In this document: positions 41,411-57,369 of the stretch, one piece after another | Layout: each line of letters opens with the position of its first letter | Position numbering within the stretch: position 1 is the stretch's first letter | Assembly (NCBI GenBank): GCA_951406725.2 | Contig: OX597818.1 | Location: forward strand, 58,652,001 to 58,716,000 | DNA length: 64,000 nucleotides | Direction: 5' to 3' | Source: Octopus vulgaris | Lineage: Eukaryota | Position numbers and translations under genes: made by a program | The notes under the pieces: model-generated | What the model saw: the letters and a program-made list of their open reading frames with translations, nothing else | The model's database searches: none | Told to the model about the DNA's origin: nothing

Positions 41411-42399
41411 GTAATTTTGTGTGTGTCCGTCTTTTTGCCTGTAAAAATGTATGCATTTATTTATAAGACCTTTTGTTGTGCTATATTATGAAACTGCCAA
41501 TTGTATCAGATCATTGATCATTTCCCAAACATTCCCCGTTATAGACGGCCTGAAGGTATGTCATTAAATTTTGCTACCTCCTGAAACGTTTTGCTTTTAA
41601 TTGAAAGAATAACGAATGCAGATTCCTGATTGTAAACCTCGGAGCAGGTTGGACCATAAGATGATTTATAATTTAATGAATAGACTAAATAAAAGATTTA
41701 ACGATATGCAGTGATATCATAATAAAATCTCACATTTCAATTCTTGCCTCCATATTTCTGTGATTACTATAATATGTTGAAGATAACAATCATTGTATAT
41801 TCAGATTAAAATCTGTATTATTCAATATATAAATGCTAGTCAATTCCTCAGTCTATTTGCTTTCGTGTAAATATTATTCCTCATGTGCATTGGACAAATA
41901 GTATTATATTTCATTTGCAATATTTCTGAAAGTCAGTGCCTATATTGGGTATCATCCTATCAATAATATTATTATCCTTATTTTCATATTCATATTTATT
42001 TATCTAGCGCATGGTCAACATCTTTAGAAATGATTCATGATTATTAGGCTTCATATAATTAAGATAATGATTATAGTATGAAACTCTGTGGCTCAGTGCT
42101 TGGGGTGTTGCACAATAAGGCTGTGATAGGATCGATTTCGGATCGGGTGGTGCATTGTGTCTTAAGGGAAAGCCCCTTATTTCATGTTGCAATACGATAT
42201 TGCATGTGCGCAGTGCACCTGTTCAGGCAACGTCAATTTTGTGGCGAGAGAGAGAGAATGTGTAGCAGAAAAATTCCTCACTACAAACAAAGCATCAATT
42301 TAGGTTGTACAGAAATAAGGTGTATAATGCTTATCTATCGCTTACGACTAAGTAGCTGACCATAATTACGAATATAACCTGAAATCAAGACTGTTTTTT

Positions 42400-43180
42400 G
42401 TTTTATCCCTCTTATCTCTCGGTTGTTCATATTGGCAGCAACAGGGCTAATTGTTTCAGTGTCCTCCTTCTCTGCTTGGTTTCTCAATCGCGGGTTCTTA
42501 TTCGTTTCTTTGGGCGCAGAGCATTGGGAATCTCCTTTCTTGTCAAAATTTTCGCATTGAGTTTCAAAGATGCTAATGTGAAATCTGACGAGGTAACAGA
42601 AACGCATGAATTCCGCTTCTTCGGCTATATTTGAACTGTGGACCATATGTAACCGTTGATCTTTGGACCTGCTGTGATCATATAGTTTTGATTAACTCCT
42701 ACCGAAATTAAATTCGCCAGCCTCTAAAAACCAGTTGCATCTCCGGTCTAACACACTTTCAATACGTCCTTACTGGGATTGTTGACCGTTTCCTCCCGCG
42801 CATAATTAAAGAGAGATAAATGCCGAGAGTCGTTGTATAAACTTGTATTGATCTATGAGTAAATACACCAGATCACTTGCTTGTTTATGAAAAGAGGAGT
42901 GACAGGATGAGTACAAAGAAAAAGTGAAATCAGGGACTGAAAGAAATATATGTATATGTTTTATTTCGTTAAAGTAAGAATTTACTTTGATATCCTTTGG
43001 GAGTTAATAGTTGTTGCATAACTACTTAGGTCAGCTCAATACCATTACTTAAGTTTTGTTCGAGAATTATGCCTTCATATACGCTGGTTAAGAACATGAT
43101 TTCTTCAGATCTCATGATGCTGAAATTTACCACCGGCAAGATGTTGGTAGGTTGGCTAAAACGTTTCTCAACATGACGAG
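42400..43180 (+). mobile_element. Possible highly decayed piggyBac transposase remnant
   Basis: Scattered peptides CFSVLLLCLVSQSR, GPYVTVD and LWTCCD resemble piggyBac motifs; many disruptions. Confidence 0.35.
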
Positions 43181-43329
43181 CTGATAATTACATTCTTTAA
43201 TATTTGGGAGATACGAGTCTCAAACTCACATCTTCAATGATAATTCACTGAACTGAACTGTATCTAATATGTACATCGTCTGACAACTCATGTATGGTGA
43301 CTCGAATATTTCTCCAAAGAGCTGCTTGC

Positions 43330-43500
43330 AATTCTGCTATGTTTTTCTCAATGCTGCTGGTTTCGGTTCTCCCAAAACTTTCGTCACTGTCGGTATTTTC
43401 TCAGCCATCTTAGAAACATCTGAATCACTCCATACACTTTTTGCAAATTTTCGTAGGCCTCTGAGCAGGTATTGCCAAGAGAACTTTCTCTATCGTGGTC
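43330..43500 (-). mobile_element. Mariner transposase N-terminal remnant
   Basis: LGNTCSEAYENLQKVYG...RWLRK. Confidence 0.5.
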
Positions 43501-43836
43501 AATGCTACAATTACAAACTACGTACCTTCCTTCGAAGCACCGGTCTACACATCTGGAATCTGCTAGAACGTTAAACCTCAGTGCGCATGCACAGCAGTGT
43601 CTAAGGTCAAACATTGTCAAGCGGCATACCTCAGCTTCGTTATTATGGCAACAGTGCGGATACATATTGGTCAGAACTCATATGTAGGTGAATCTATCTA
43701 TGTATCTGTCTATCTACCCATCTATAATATATATATATATAGACACACACACATAGGTGTGCCAATTTATGCCGTTGTACATAAATATTGTTTTTCAAAA
43801 ACTGAAAGACAATTACATACACATATATAGAGAACA

Positions 43837-43909
<73 letters not shown>

Positions 43910-44296
43910 TATATTTTTGCTTTTGAGCCAAATTAACTAACTAACTAACATATATACTTACGCACACACGCATATATACATGTAAACATATATATATATC
44001 TATCCAGGTAATATATGGTAATTGATATGACTAATATCTTGAATAATTTATTGCGTATGATCGAGTATCTTTGACGTTTGAAATTTCGTACTAACATATT
44101 CTACTTCAAGGAAGGAGCGTAAAAGCTACTGAAATTGCATTTGGTAGGAAACTACTGTCAATCGTGACGTTTACTTCGGACGATATATTTTGCATGATTT
44201 ACCAAAGCAATAATATTTATAAAGATATATATATTTACAGACTAAAAATAAACACACACAAACACACACACACTCACACATATGTATATGTATATT

Positions 44297-44352
<56 letters not shown>

Positions 44353-44479
44353 TATGCATATGTAGTAATACTAATACTAATACTAATACTAATACTACTA
44401 CTAATAATAATAATAATAACAATAATATTACTAACAATATTAATTTTCGAGTGTAGTTATGCAAAATTCCCATGTTGAA

Positions 44480-45508
44480 CAGCATAGGGGAAGTGCTGCA
44501 ACTGTAGTTGCAAAGAAGGTGAAATCAATATCAAAGCAAAATGCACTTGAACAATTGGATGATATGTGGGAACGAAACCTCTGCATGGCAAATATGTGGC
44601 CCGTAGAAAAGAAGGTGATGTAGACCAGCAGCACACCCATCTGTGGCTTGAGCTCAGAGCTAAAGGCAGAGATTGAGGGCTTTCTATTGGCTACTGAAGT
44701 TCATATCTTATTGACCCGGAAGTCCCAGTCAATACGAGGAAAAATGGTGTAGACACAAGGTGCCGATACTGCAACGATGTGGTAGGAACGGTCGAGCCCT
44801 AGTGCCTGGATATTGGGTTTTAGCCCCTGTTGAGCACAAATGAAAACGTGTCAGAGTTAACCAATATCTACATTGAATGAATGTGCCGGCATTATACAAT
44901 CACATCTGCTGATAAATAAGACATCGCAGGATGTACAGATTGGACCAATATCGAAAATAAAGCAGATTTTGTTGTGAAAGACAAAAGCAATAAAGTCTGT
45001 TTATTGATTGACATGAACATACCCTGTGACCATAATATCTCGACAAAAGAACTTAATAATCTCAGGAAATATAAAAATCTGCTAAACGAAATCGAGAAGA
45101 TGTGACATCTCTTGACCCTTACAACACCAATGATTGAAGGAGCACTTGGAATGCTCAAAAACCTAACGAAAAGTTTTTTAAGAATGAAGCCTTCAGGAAA
45201 TGCAAAATATTGTTTTAACTGGTAACTCGTGCTGAATAGAGCAAATTTTCTTTCCTTTTTCATCCCTTTATTTTTCGTTTGTTTACTCATATATTTATTC
45301 CTTTTTTCTCTCTGTCTTCACCCTTTTCTTCCTCACGTAACTCTGTAAATGAACAATCTTGTGTGCTTTTTTTAATGACCTACCAATGTATGCAGTATGT
45401 TTCTAAGCCCTAGGTGACAGGAAGACAATCGGCTAGAAGTGGAAAGGTAAGTGAAAGAAGATGCTAATGAAAATAACAATAATAATGATGATGATGGTGA
45501 TGATGATG

Positions 45509-45565
<57 letters not shown>
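44480..45565 (+). mobile_element. R4/Dong-like non-LTR retrotransposon 3' fragment within (TAA)n
   Basis: WERKPLHGKY, ELKAEIEGF, CRYC, DFVVKDKSNKVCLLIDMNIPCD, KYKNL and GALG motifs; (TAA)n on both sides. Confidence 0.8.
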
Positions 45566-45566
<1 letters not shown>

Positions 45567-45615
45567 GGGATGATACGAAGTAGCAACAGCATTACCTTTA
45601 ATTCATTTATAATAT

Positions 45616-45667
<52 letters not shown>

Positions 45668-45772
45668 CTTATCTAATGGAAACTAACGGCTTATTTTGCT
45701 GTGCATGATGGTAAGTGTCAGCTGCTCACAGCTAGCAGGCTAAGGCGACACCTGTCTAATAATCATGCTTCA

Positions 45773-46170
45773 GGACGGTGAGCTGACAAAATCGGTAGCA
45801 CGCCAGACGAAATGCTTAGCGGAATTTCGTCTGCCGCTACGTTCTGAATTCAAATTCTGCCGAGGTCGACTTTGCCTTTCATCCTTTCAGGGTCGATTAA
45901 ATAAGTAGCAGTTACGCACTAGGGTCGATGTAATCGACTCAATCCGTTTGTCTGTCCTTGTTTGTCCCCTCTGTGTTTAGCACCTAGTGGGCAGTAAAGA
46001 AACAGGTATTTCCTCTACCTGTTCTGAGTTCAAATTCCACCGAGGTCGACTTTGTCTTTCATCCTTTCTAGCTCGATAAATTAAGTACCAGTTGCGTACT
46101 GGAGGCGATCTAAACGACTGGCCTCATCCTTCAAAAACTTCAGCCCTTGAGTCTAGAGTAGAAAAGAATG
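45773..46170 (+). mobile_element. SINE family A dimer with TSD
   Basis: TSD ATCATGCTTCA at 45762-45772 and 46171-46181. Confidence 0.88.
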
Positions 46171-46605
46171 ATCATGCTTCAAGAACCCTGGGAATGATTC
46201 TTGCATTTCCAAGCAATGTTGATTTTCTTACGTGTTCTACTTTGACATTTGCACCAATCTTTTTCAACCATGTTGGTGATTGCTGGGTGTTGATACTATA
46301 CTTCTCAGTGCATCAACAACTATTGGTATGACGTCTACTCTCCTCATTGAACATAACCTACTTTGATATTATGCCTATCGATACGAGTTTAATGATCTCG
46401 AGATTAACTGAAGTTGCAAAAGAAACTCGTAAATTCGATTTATCAAAGATATGGTAATATTTACTGAATGGCTGGAAAGTTTTTTCCTCAGAAAGCAAAT
46501 AAAATTTTAGAAAGTTTGCTGACAAAGGTAGATTGAAACAGAATACACCAACATTGCCAGAATTTCGCAAACATTTGAAATTGTTCTCTCTCTCTTCCTC
46601 ACTCG

Positions 46606-46638
<33 letters not shown>

Positions 46639-47184
46639 CGTGTGAGTGTGTGATTGTAAGGGAAAAGATTTTCTCGAATGCATAGACTTCACTTTGAAGT
46701 GCTCCAGATATTAAACCTGAGGCATTTGAATAATGTAGAAGTAAGAATCGAAGTTAGGCGAATCAAGTACACATATATATTTATATTTATTCAACCCTAG
46801 ACCCAACGTACATGCATTTCTCTAAAACTATATTCGATACATCAAACACCAAAAATATATAGATATATAAAAATTTATAGAGTGATCAATACATAAAAAA
46901 TATAGGTAGAAAAAACATATATATAATATACGTATAAATATACGTGTATAAGAAAGTAAGTTAGAGGTTGTGAATCCAACCAACTGAGGGATAGTATCTA
47001 TCTAATATACTTCTGGTAGAATACGAATTAATACACAAATGTTGGTTATTGCGTAACAATTACTCTACATATTATAATAATTAGGCGAGGGTAATAAGTG
47101 GTTTTACACTTAATTTACATGGCAAGAAGAAAATGGAGGGAATCCAGAGGGAGTATGCATCAGTTGTTAGAGATTATATTTTTT

Positions 47185-47735
<551 letters not shown>

Positions 47736-47769
47736 TATATTATATATACATATATATATACATACATAC

Positions 47770-47812
<43 letters not shown>

Positions 47813-47914
47813 ACAAAAACAAAGCACTATTAGGTTAAAGTATAGATATAGAATCGTGGTACAAAATGCACCAATATTTACTGGAAATAACAGTCGATAA
47901 TATACAACGCTATG

Positions 47915-50070
47915 TAATAATAATAATAATGACATTATTGTATACAGTGGTCAGGTGCACCACAACTTGTCAAAAGTGCGTATAAAGTACATGCAGTAAT
48001 GTACAAATGTCCGGAAAGCGAACAGTGTATGAGTCAGATTCATGCTTGCGTGTGTATGGAGGGGAGAAAAGCAGGTGTAGTGTTGGCGAATCTCAGAAAG
48101 CATGGAAGTTTTGAAGGATGCAGTACTCCGACAACTAACAACTGATGCCGGCAGTTTGTTCCATGCATCAGCAACTCTCAGCGTGAAAAAATGTTTCCTA
48201 AAGTCATGGGAGCTGTGCTGTTTTCTGACTTTGTAAATATGTCCACGGGTGTTAGATGGGTAGAGTTTGAAAAGGTGCTCAGAATTATTGTTTGTACGAT
48301 AGTTGATAATTTTATGGGTGTCTGCCAAGTCAGCTACCAGACGTCGGAGTTTCAACGTATCTATGCCCAGGGAAGTAAGGCGTTCAGGATATGGCAAATG
48401 CCTGATGGAGGGTATTCTTTTGGTTGCACGTCGCTCAACGGCTTCCAGACAATTGACATCCTGGGCAAGATAGGGGTTCCAGACCGGTGATGCAAATTCC
48501 AGGTGAGGTCTTACCATAGCTATATAAAGCCACAGATAGATAGTCGGAGAACGGCTCACAAAGGATTTGGTGAGTGATGCCAAGACACCCTCAGCCTTCT
48601 TGACAATTTTAGCGATGTTTTGTCCAACGCAAATCACTGTTGACAATAACACCCAGGTCACGTTCACATGAAGACTTTTGAGACTAGTGTTGTGGAGGGA
48701 GTAGGTTGACGCTGGGTTTCTCCTCCCAAAATGCATGGTGGTTTATTTGTCCACAGCCAGCTTGAGTTGCCAGTCCATGATCCACTGCTGCATTGTGTCC
48801 AGGTCTGCTTGCAATAGAGATCTATAGAGTACAGGATCTGACCTCTTTATTTCGAGGTACAGCTTGATGTCATCTGCATATTTCAGCACTGTGGAATTCT
48901 TTAAGTTGGCATCTATGTCATTAACATATGCAACAAATAAAAGGGGGCCAAGAACAGATCCCTGTGGTACACCAGATGTCATCTCATAGGGTGAAGAGTG
49001 CTGTCCTAGAACTGTGACAACCTCTTTTCGGCCGAAAATGAAGAACTACAACCAGTTTGTCTCTTACGCCCAACGCAGAGAGCTTCACCATAAGTCTTTT
49101 GTGTAGCACAGAGGTAAAAGCCTTAGCAAAGTCCAGGTAAACAACATCCACCCAGATCCGCGATCAGTGATTTGGGTAACGTCCTCAAGAAACTCGATGA
49201 GTTGATTACAGCAGCTGGAGTTAGGAATAAATCCGAATTGTGACGGCTAGATGGGGTTGTGAGACTTCCAGAGGTTCCAGAGAGTTTCTCTGATACAGGA
49301 TTCCATCAGTTTGGCGATGCAGCTAATAAGACTAATAAGATAGTTGACAGGCGATGTGCGGTCGCCTTTTTTGAACAGAAAGATAACACTGGTGGTTTTC
49401 CACTGTTCTGGAGTAACATCATTGTCAAGACAGAATTGGAAGAATAGAGAAATGTGGCTTAGAAGAAAGTACCCACCTCATTTGAGAAATAGGTTTGTAA
49501 CACCATCGAGACCAGGAGATGCATAGTTGCTATTATTCTTAAGGTGGCGTTGTAGCATTGCTGGTGTAAATTGCATAGTAGATATAGAGTCCGATGTCAG
49601 TGGTGATGAAGATGGAACATTTTGGTCTTCGACGGTAAAGATTCCGGCATAGCATCCAACAATGATTGATTTCGGCACATTCTTCGGGATTGCCAGTAAT
49701 CTGTCTGTGTGGGGATTGCAAAGGGGACCAATTGGAGAGTGGGGTCTCTGCTTTGAGTGCACATACGTCCAGAACACTTTGCTGTCAGTGTTAGTTGCAA
49801 TGTGTTGTTCAAATTCAAGTACTGCCTTTTTTGTCACCTGCTTGAGGTGGTTGGCTGACCTATTGCGCTTTTTCCTGTTGCTCTCTGATTTGTGCAATTT
49901 GTATTCCTGTTCAGCATTACGGCGTTCTTTCCTGGCAAGTCGGACTGCTGCAGTCTCCCAAATTGCACTATTGGGTGGTTTTTAGTGCTTGCGTGGTACT
50001 GATGCTGCACATGCCGCCCATATTGAATTCAGAATGTTCTGGAGTATAGTGTCCACATCTGAGGCATAAA
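47915..50070 (-). mobile_element. 5'-truncated, frameshifted CR1-group LINE with (ATT)n tail
   Basis: ORF pieces 49478-49897, 48743-48982 (SGVPQGSVLGPLLF, YADD) and 47951-48736 (VRPHLEFASPVWNP, NTRGH, WNKLP). Confidence 0.92.
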
Positions 50071-50259
50071 ATTCGAGGCATAAAATATAGTAAAACCAAT
50101 ATTTTTGTGTGCGGTAAACATAAAAAATTTCAACTTACCTGTAGGAGGAACATTAACTTACTTAGAATTATTTGGATTCTTTCATTTTACTTCCAAATGA
50201 CTGTGTTTGTGTATGTGTGTATATGTGTGTGTATGTGTGTGAGTGTATGTATATATTCA

Positions 50260-51065
50260 TCTCTCTATTTATAAACGGCAGTTTGTCTGTGTGTGTGTCT
50301 GTGTGTCTGTCAGGTTGTACCCTCACCCTGACCACGGCTTTCAACCGATTCCAATGAAACTTGACACACACATAGCCCAATATCATAATTCAAAACTAAC
50401 GCAGCGAAAATTTTGAAAAGTTCCCCCAGTTCTGAAAAAAATCGATAAATTCGACATGGGTCGAGAATTTAAGCTTTTTATATGCAACACATTTTCTACA
50501 GACTGTCAAGGGGACGCAACTTGACCTTTTTAACTCTCGGAACACGTGGGGTAAGTATCCCAAAATATATAAAAATGTGCAAAAACGGCAAAAAAGCGGG
50601 CAGCAATGTGAGTGACAACAACGAAAAAGTCAAAAGTGACCAAACTGAACAAACGAATGAAAAAGGTTTTTTTGGTGCACACGACAGAAGCGGTTTATAA
50701 TAAACCAAGAGTTTGCAAGTAGCGTCCGGGGACCCTTAGGGTACGTCAACAATTTAAGGTAAAACGTTTGGGGTGGTAGTTATAAAGAAAGTGTAAACAA
50801 AAAAGTATTCGAATAACTTGCGGCTGCAGCAGCTATTAGCAGAAGTGGCGGTGTTGGGGGTAAAGTCTCGAATGTAATTTCGTCCTGGTAGGAATTGGTT
50901 GGGTTGAATTATCGATAGCTGTTTGTTAGTTATTTGGGAGTGAAGAGAAGACATTGCAAACTACACATGCGCTTTCGTTCCCTAGAGGGGAAGGACTAGA
51001 TTGGGATTAGTCGTTGCCTACTAGGGGCTCTTACATACCCGGGCAACGCCGGGCTATGCTGCTAG
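50260..51065 (+). mobile_element. Non-autonomous Helitron
   Basis: 5' TC (A|TCTCTCTATTTATAAA), subterminal hairpin CCCGGGCAACGCCGGG at 51038-51053, 3' CTAG|T, no TSD. Confidence 0.82.
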
Positions 51066-51261
51066 TTTAGATATAAAGATGACAAAAATTAAAACAAGTG
51101 TAAGTTCATCTGGTATACTACAGGCAAAAATAAAAATTATTCTGCCAATTGGGACGTAATTAGTACTGCAAAACCTCCAGATAGGGAATTGATAAATGTG
51201 ACCTATGTATAGAAGATGTTTACCAAATTATTATATCTGAGGGTAATATAATATATTCTAG

Positions 51262-51636
51262 TGGAGGCGCAATGGCCCAGTGGTTATGGCAGCGGACTCG
51301 TGGTCATAGGATCGCGGTTTCGATTCCCAGAATCGAGTGTTTATTGAGCGAAAACACCTAAAGCTCCACGAGGCTCCGGCAGGGGATGGTGGTGATCCCT
51401 GCTGTACTCTTTCACCACAACTTTCTCTCACTCTTTCTTCCTGTTTCTGTTGTACCTGTATTTCAAAGGGCCGGCCTTGTCACACTCTGTGTCACGCTGA
51501 ATCTCCTTGAGAACTACGTTAAGGGTGCACGTGTCTGTGGAGTGCTCAGCCACTTACACGTTAATTTCACGAACAGGCTGTTCCGTTGATCGGATCAACC
51601 GGAAGCCTCATCGTCGTAACCGACGGAGTGCTTTCT
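51262..51636 (+). mobile_element. SINE family B, full length with 15-bp TSD
   Basis: A/B boxes; TSD TATAATATATTCTAG at 51247-51261 and 51637-51651. Confidence 0.92.
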
Positions 51637-52168
51637 TATAATATATTCTAGACGAGAAGAATTTTGAAGATGCTTGATTATGAGAGACTTAACTTTGCTG
51701 AATATAAATAAGTTATAAATATTTAGAAACGGAAATGTTTTGAAGTACCTGCCTATTAGGAATAGACGTCTGCTTATGCAATCAGTACCTGAATGAAAAA
51801 TAGTTCGCGTTTAAATTAACGTACAGCCGCATATCATAGAACGCAAATAGAATTAACAGAAAACTTAAAACAGTTCTATCAAATGATATTAAAGTGAAGA
51901 CACCGAATATATAACTACAACAATATTAGTAATAATTATAATGATTGTAATGATAATGGTAATAACGATGGAGGCGGGATATTGTTAGCCACAGTAATAA
52001 TACAAATAAATCGTGTTACTCTAATGTTGATTACCATTGTCGTTGTAGTAACAACTGTGATAAAATCCACTTTAATAGTGATGGGTTTGGCTTTCAAGTA
52101 GCCAACATCAGCATTCGTAATACTGTCCGTCAGCCGACTTCTGTATCATTCAGGTCTATTACCTATGT

Positions 52169-52583
52169 AAGGCAGCGAGCTGGCAGAATTGATAGCACGC
52201 CGGGCGAAATACGCTGCGGGATTTCCGCTGGCGCTACGTTCTGAGTTCAAATTCCGACGTGGTCGACTTTGCTTTTCACCCTTTCGGGGTTGACTAAATA
52301 AGTACCAGTTACGCACTGGGGTCGATGTAATCGACTTAATCCGTGTGTCTGTCCTTGATTTTCCCCTCTGTTTTTTGCCCCTTGTGGGTAGTAAAGAAAT
52401 ATGTATATCGCCGGCCTTTACGTTCTGAGTTCAAATCCAGCCGAGGTCAACTTTGCCTTTCATTCTTTCGGGGTCGATTAAATAAGTACCAGTTACGCAC
52501 TGGGTCGATATAATCGATTTAATCCGTTTGTCTGTCCTTGTTTGTGCCCTCTGGGTTTAGTCCCTTGTGGGTAGTAAAGAAAT
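52169..52583 (+). mobile_element. SINE family A dimer with 17-bp TSD
   Basis: TSD AGGTCTATTACCTATGT at 52152-52168 and 52584-52600. Confidence 0.92.
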
Positions 52584-53355
52584 AGGTCTATTACCTATGT
52601 GTAAATGCACGAGCCACCATACTGGTAGCAATTGTGTTAGTAGTTGGCTATGTGAAAATTTAAACCGTTAACACGATAGTGATGCAACCAAACCACATAG
52701 CATCATATCATGTAGCTTTCAATAATTAAGATAACTATTTTATCTTCCACTGCTTCAAAGCAGTAATCTTAACCCCTTGTGTTTCTAAAGCAATCCCGTA
52801 TAATTTTGGTACATCTATCGGATCTAAGACGAACCATGAGCCTCTGCCGTCTTGGATAACACTAATGTCCATATATCTCCTAAATTATGTCATTTTAAAA
52901 ACAAATTTCTTTGTCTTTTGTATAATCCATGTTTCATTAAAGATATCTAGAGATGTGATGTAACAGCTAATCTAAATTTAGCCTATATTTTTTACACTTA
53001 TAAATTTAATCACAGATTATATAATCATTCTTATACTTTCAACAATCGTAATGTGGGTACGTTTGCATCTCTTACGGAAGGAAATGTGAATCAATGGACA
53101 AAAATAAGGAAATATATAAATATTGTGGAGCATAATAACTCAGGCATTACTCTATTGAAATGAGAAGCTTTGGTGCAAACTTTGCGGCACTGAATCATGG
53201 GAAATACTTAGATATTCAGGTAATACCATTAACAAGTATAACAAACTTAGAAACACTTTCTCATATTTTAAACTAGATACGTTGCAGTGGTGGAATACAG
53301 CTATTTAGCTTTAATTTATTATGCATACATGTATGTATGTGTGTATGTATGTATG

Positions 53356-53412
<57 letters not shown>

Positions 53413-53552
53413 ATGTTTGTGTGTGTGTATATATGTATATATATGTATGTATATATATATATATATAAATGTGTGTTTATATGTATATATATGTATATCT
53501 ATCTATATGTTTATTTGTATATATATATGTATATATATATATGTATATATAA

Positions 53553-53585
<33 letters not shown>

Positions 53586-53609
53586 CAGACAGAGACAGAG
53601 ACAGAGAGA

Positions 53610-53880
53610 GAGAGAGAATACAAATATCAAACCTTCCAACTCTCTTCCAACATACACTAGAGATTACACCTCCCCAAATTTGTCGAATAAATGCAGCGGG
53701 AGATCTATTCTGTGTTATTTATACAACTCCATTCGCTTTAAATGTCAATGACCTTGCTCAAGCTTTCTTTTAAATGATAGATGTCAGTTTCCCACGTAAC
53801 CACAAATATCAGATCCACGTTGAAATTATCCTGTTCATCTACTCCAAATATAGAATCAATTATCACCTGATCTAACAAAC
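53610..53880 (+). mobile_element. Penelope-like element remnant (post-RT linker region)
   Basis: [46 protein letters not shown] resembles the FNPP..NV...FL.LID.HFP..H.....T.K.SYS..PN...II segment of a PLE clade (recalled, unverified). Confidence 0.55.
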
Positions 53881-54236
53881 GTAAAGTCAGCTGTTAATAT
53901 CTAAATGCACACATCCCTACCATAGATCCCTACCACTAGCAACAACAGATCCAACACCCCAGGCCCTAACAATTTAAATAACTTAAATATACATAATATA
54001 ATCCCCACTTCGGTGGGTAACAGGCGTGCACCTCAAACCAATGCTAGCACTAATAGGCATACTGATACTAACATTACTAACTGTATTATAACCATTACAA
54101 CGAATAATAACTATACTACAACTACTAATAGGGCTAGCAATAATATTAATACTACTACCAATAACGATATTACTATTACTGAAAACAATACTATTACTAA
54201 CAATCTTACCACAAACGCTACTATTAATAGTTGCAA

Positions 54237-54300
<64 letters not shown>

Positions 54301-54360
54301 GCTACTACTATTATTATTATTATTATAATTATTATTATTATTAATATTATTATTATTATA

Positions 54361-55038
<678 letters not shown>

Positions 55039-56464
55039 ACAATATTAATCATAATAACGATGGTGCTGACATTGATAAAAGATATGACGGCAAGGAAAAC
55101 AGTAATATCACGAACAATAACACATAATTTAACCCAAACCCTTGGTTTGTCTCCAACTAATCATTGTAAAACTAATAGCTGCAACCGCAGTTCTAGTACC
55201 GATTGCCCGCTGCTTTTGATTTTGGTAAGTAGACTTTTGTATGAGTATCTTTAAATCCATATATGCTTCCTTGGTAATTCTTCGGTAATAATCCATAATA
55301 AAGCAATAATAAATCTCTGAACGAGATGTAAACAGTCACTGCAGGACAATGTGAGGTATACTCAGCCATCTCAATATGGCTAACCACTAAGGGTGGGTGT
55401 TACTGTAGCTTTTAGCCCCAGGAGATCATCGTCTCCAGCTGGCTTTAGGCACACTTTCTGTGTCCTTATGATATTTGCAAAGGGAGGTCATCCCTCTCTC
55501 TTAAACCTAAGTGATACGCACGGACTGCAGTTTCGAGGTATTTGCCTCTTGTCACCGAAAGTTAATCACCGGGTTTCGATGAAGAGAGACCTGTTTGCGA
55601 ATATCTATTTAGTGTTTTTCCAGTAACTACTGTCACTGATTTCGAAAAACTGTCTAAAAGTTATGTGTAAAAACCATTATATTGTCTTGTATTCCAAATA
55701 TAATTCATAGACTGAGATGATATACAATAATGGAGTCCTATATTGATTAGCATTTATTGATAACTCTTCTGCTCCTCAGAAATATCAAGTGTGAAGTTTG
55801 TATAATTTAAAGAATGGTAGTTTTATAGAATTATGAAATAATTTGGGTAAATGGTGTTTGGTTGAAATATAAATTAAAAATTAAGAATTACTGCTTTTGA
55901 TTTTGGTAAGTACACTTTAGTATGAGAGTCTTGAAATTCCTATATTCCTTCTTGGAAAGTCTTATATATATATATATATATATGGGGGGGTGTGTAAAGA
56001 TATATATATATATATATATATATAATCACAATGTAGGTTTGTTGAAATATGTTTGTCACATATTTCAACTGCTAAAGATACATACACTCCAGTTACCGTG
56101 GAGAAAAGATCTCTCTTGTGGTAAAAAGATCTGAAAAGACCCAGTTCGTTCAGTGTCGCTATTTCTCGGAAATCTCAGGCATCGATGCTTCGAGTTTATT
56201 GACTCTTGATTCCTGTCGATGAGATGTACCTAAGAGAACCAGCTCTTAATGAACTAAACACAGCTTGTAGCTTTATATATAATTCAGTTCACAAGTTGAC
56301 TGATTTGCGCTAGTAGAACGCCCGATCGAGATAAATAACGAAGTAATGATGCAAAGCGGTGTTTAATTATAATCAGAATTTAGGTTACTTGAAATATGTT
56401 TTTTATATATTTTAACTGCTAAATGCAAACACATTGCAGCTACCGTGCAGAAAAAAATATATAT

Positions 56465-56618
56465 CAGTGGCTGTGTGGAAGATAGCTTGCTTCCTAAACA
56501 CTGTCCCGTATTCGGTCCCACTGCCTTGCACCGTGGACAAGTAATTTCTAATATAACATCGAGCTGACCAAAACCTTCTGTGTGGATTTGGTAGATGGAA
56601 ACAGAAAAATGTCCGTCG

Positions 56619-56685
<67 letters not shown>

Positions 56686-56870
56686 ATGGTATTGTGTCTG
56701 TGTTTCTCTCTCCAAGATCTTTTGACAACTGATGCTGGTGAGTTTAAGTAAAAGAACGTGATAGAATGAGTACTTTGCTTACAAAGAATAAGTCCTGGAG
56801 TCGATTTGCTCGACTAAAGGGAGTACTCCAGCATGGCTGCAGTGACATGAGTGAAACAAATTAAAGAACA
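56465..56870 (+). mobile_element. SINE family C, diverged
   Basis: gtggctgtgtggaagatagcttgc ... gtggatttggtagatggaaac ... ctccagcatggctgcag. Confidence 0.78.
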
Positions 56871-57224
56871 TAATTATAAGTAATACCATAGAAAAATGCG
56901 TTTCTTTGCCTTATATGTCGAAGAAAGACGCTAAATCGTCGAAACTCTTTAAATATCTTCACTATTATTATTTCTCACATGTCTAAACGAGGAAGGAAGC
57001 CCACAGAAATTCATGAAATTGAATTAATTGTGGATCGGATCGGAGACATTTAGCGTGGTTCGACGGTTTAGTGTCATTTTCCAGCATATAGACAAATAAA
57101 AATATTTTCTAATATTATATATATATACATATATATACATACATATATATATATTTATGTATATATATATATATATATATATACATATATATACATACAT
57201 ATATATATACATATATATACATGC

Positions 57225-57297
<73 letters not shown>

Positions 57298-57321
57298 TAT
57301 ATACTTATATACACACACAGA

Positions 57322-57369
<48 letters not shown>

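Noticed and set aside
56912-56957. GACG-CUAAAU-CGUC-GAAAC hairpin resembling HHR stem II
   Set aside because: The core, stem I and stem III do not fit.
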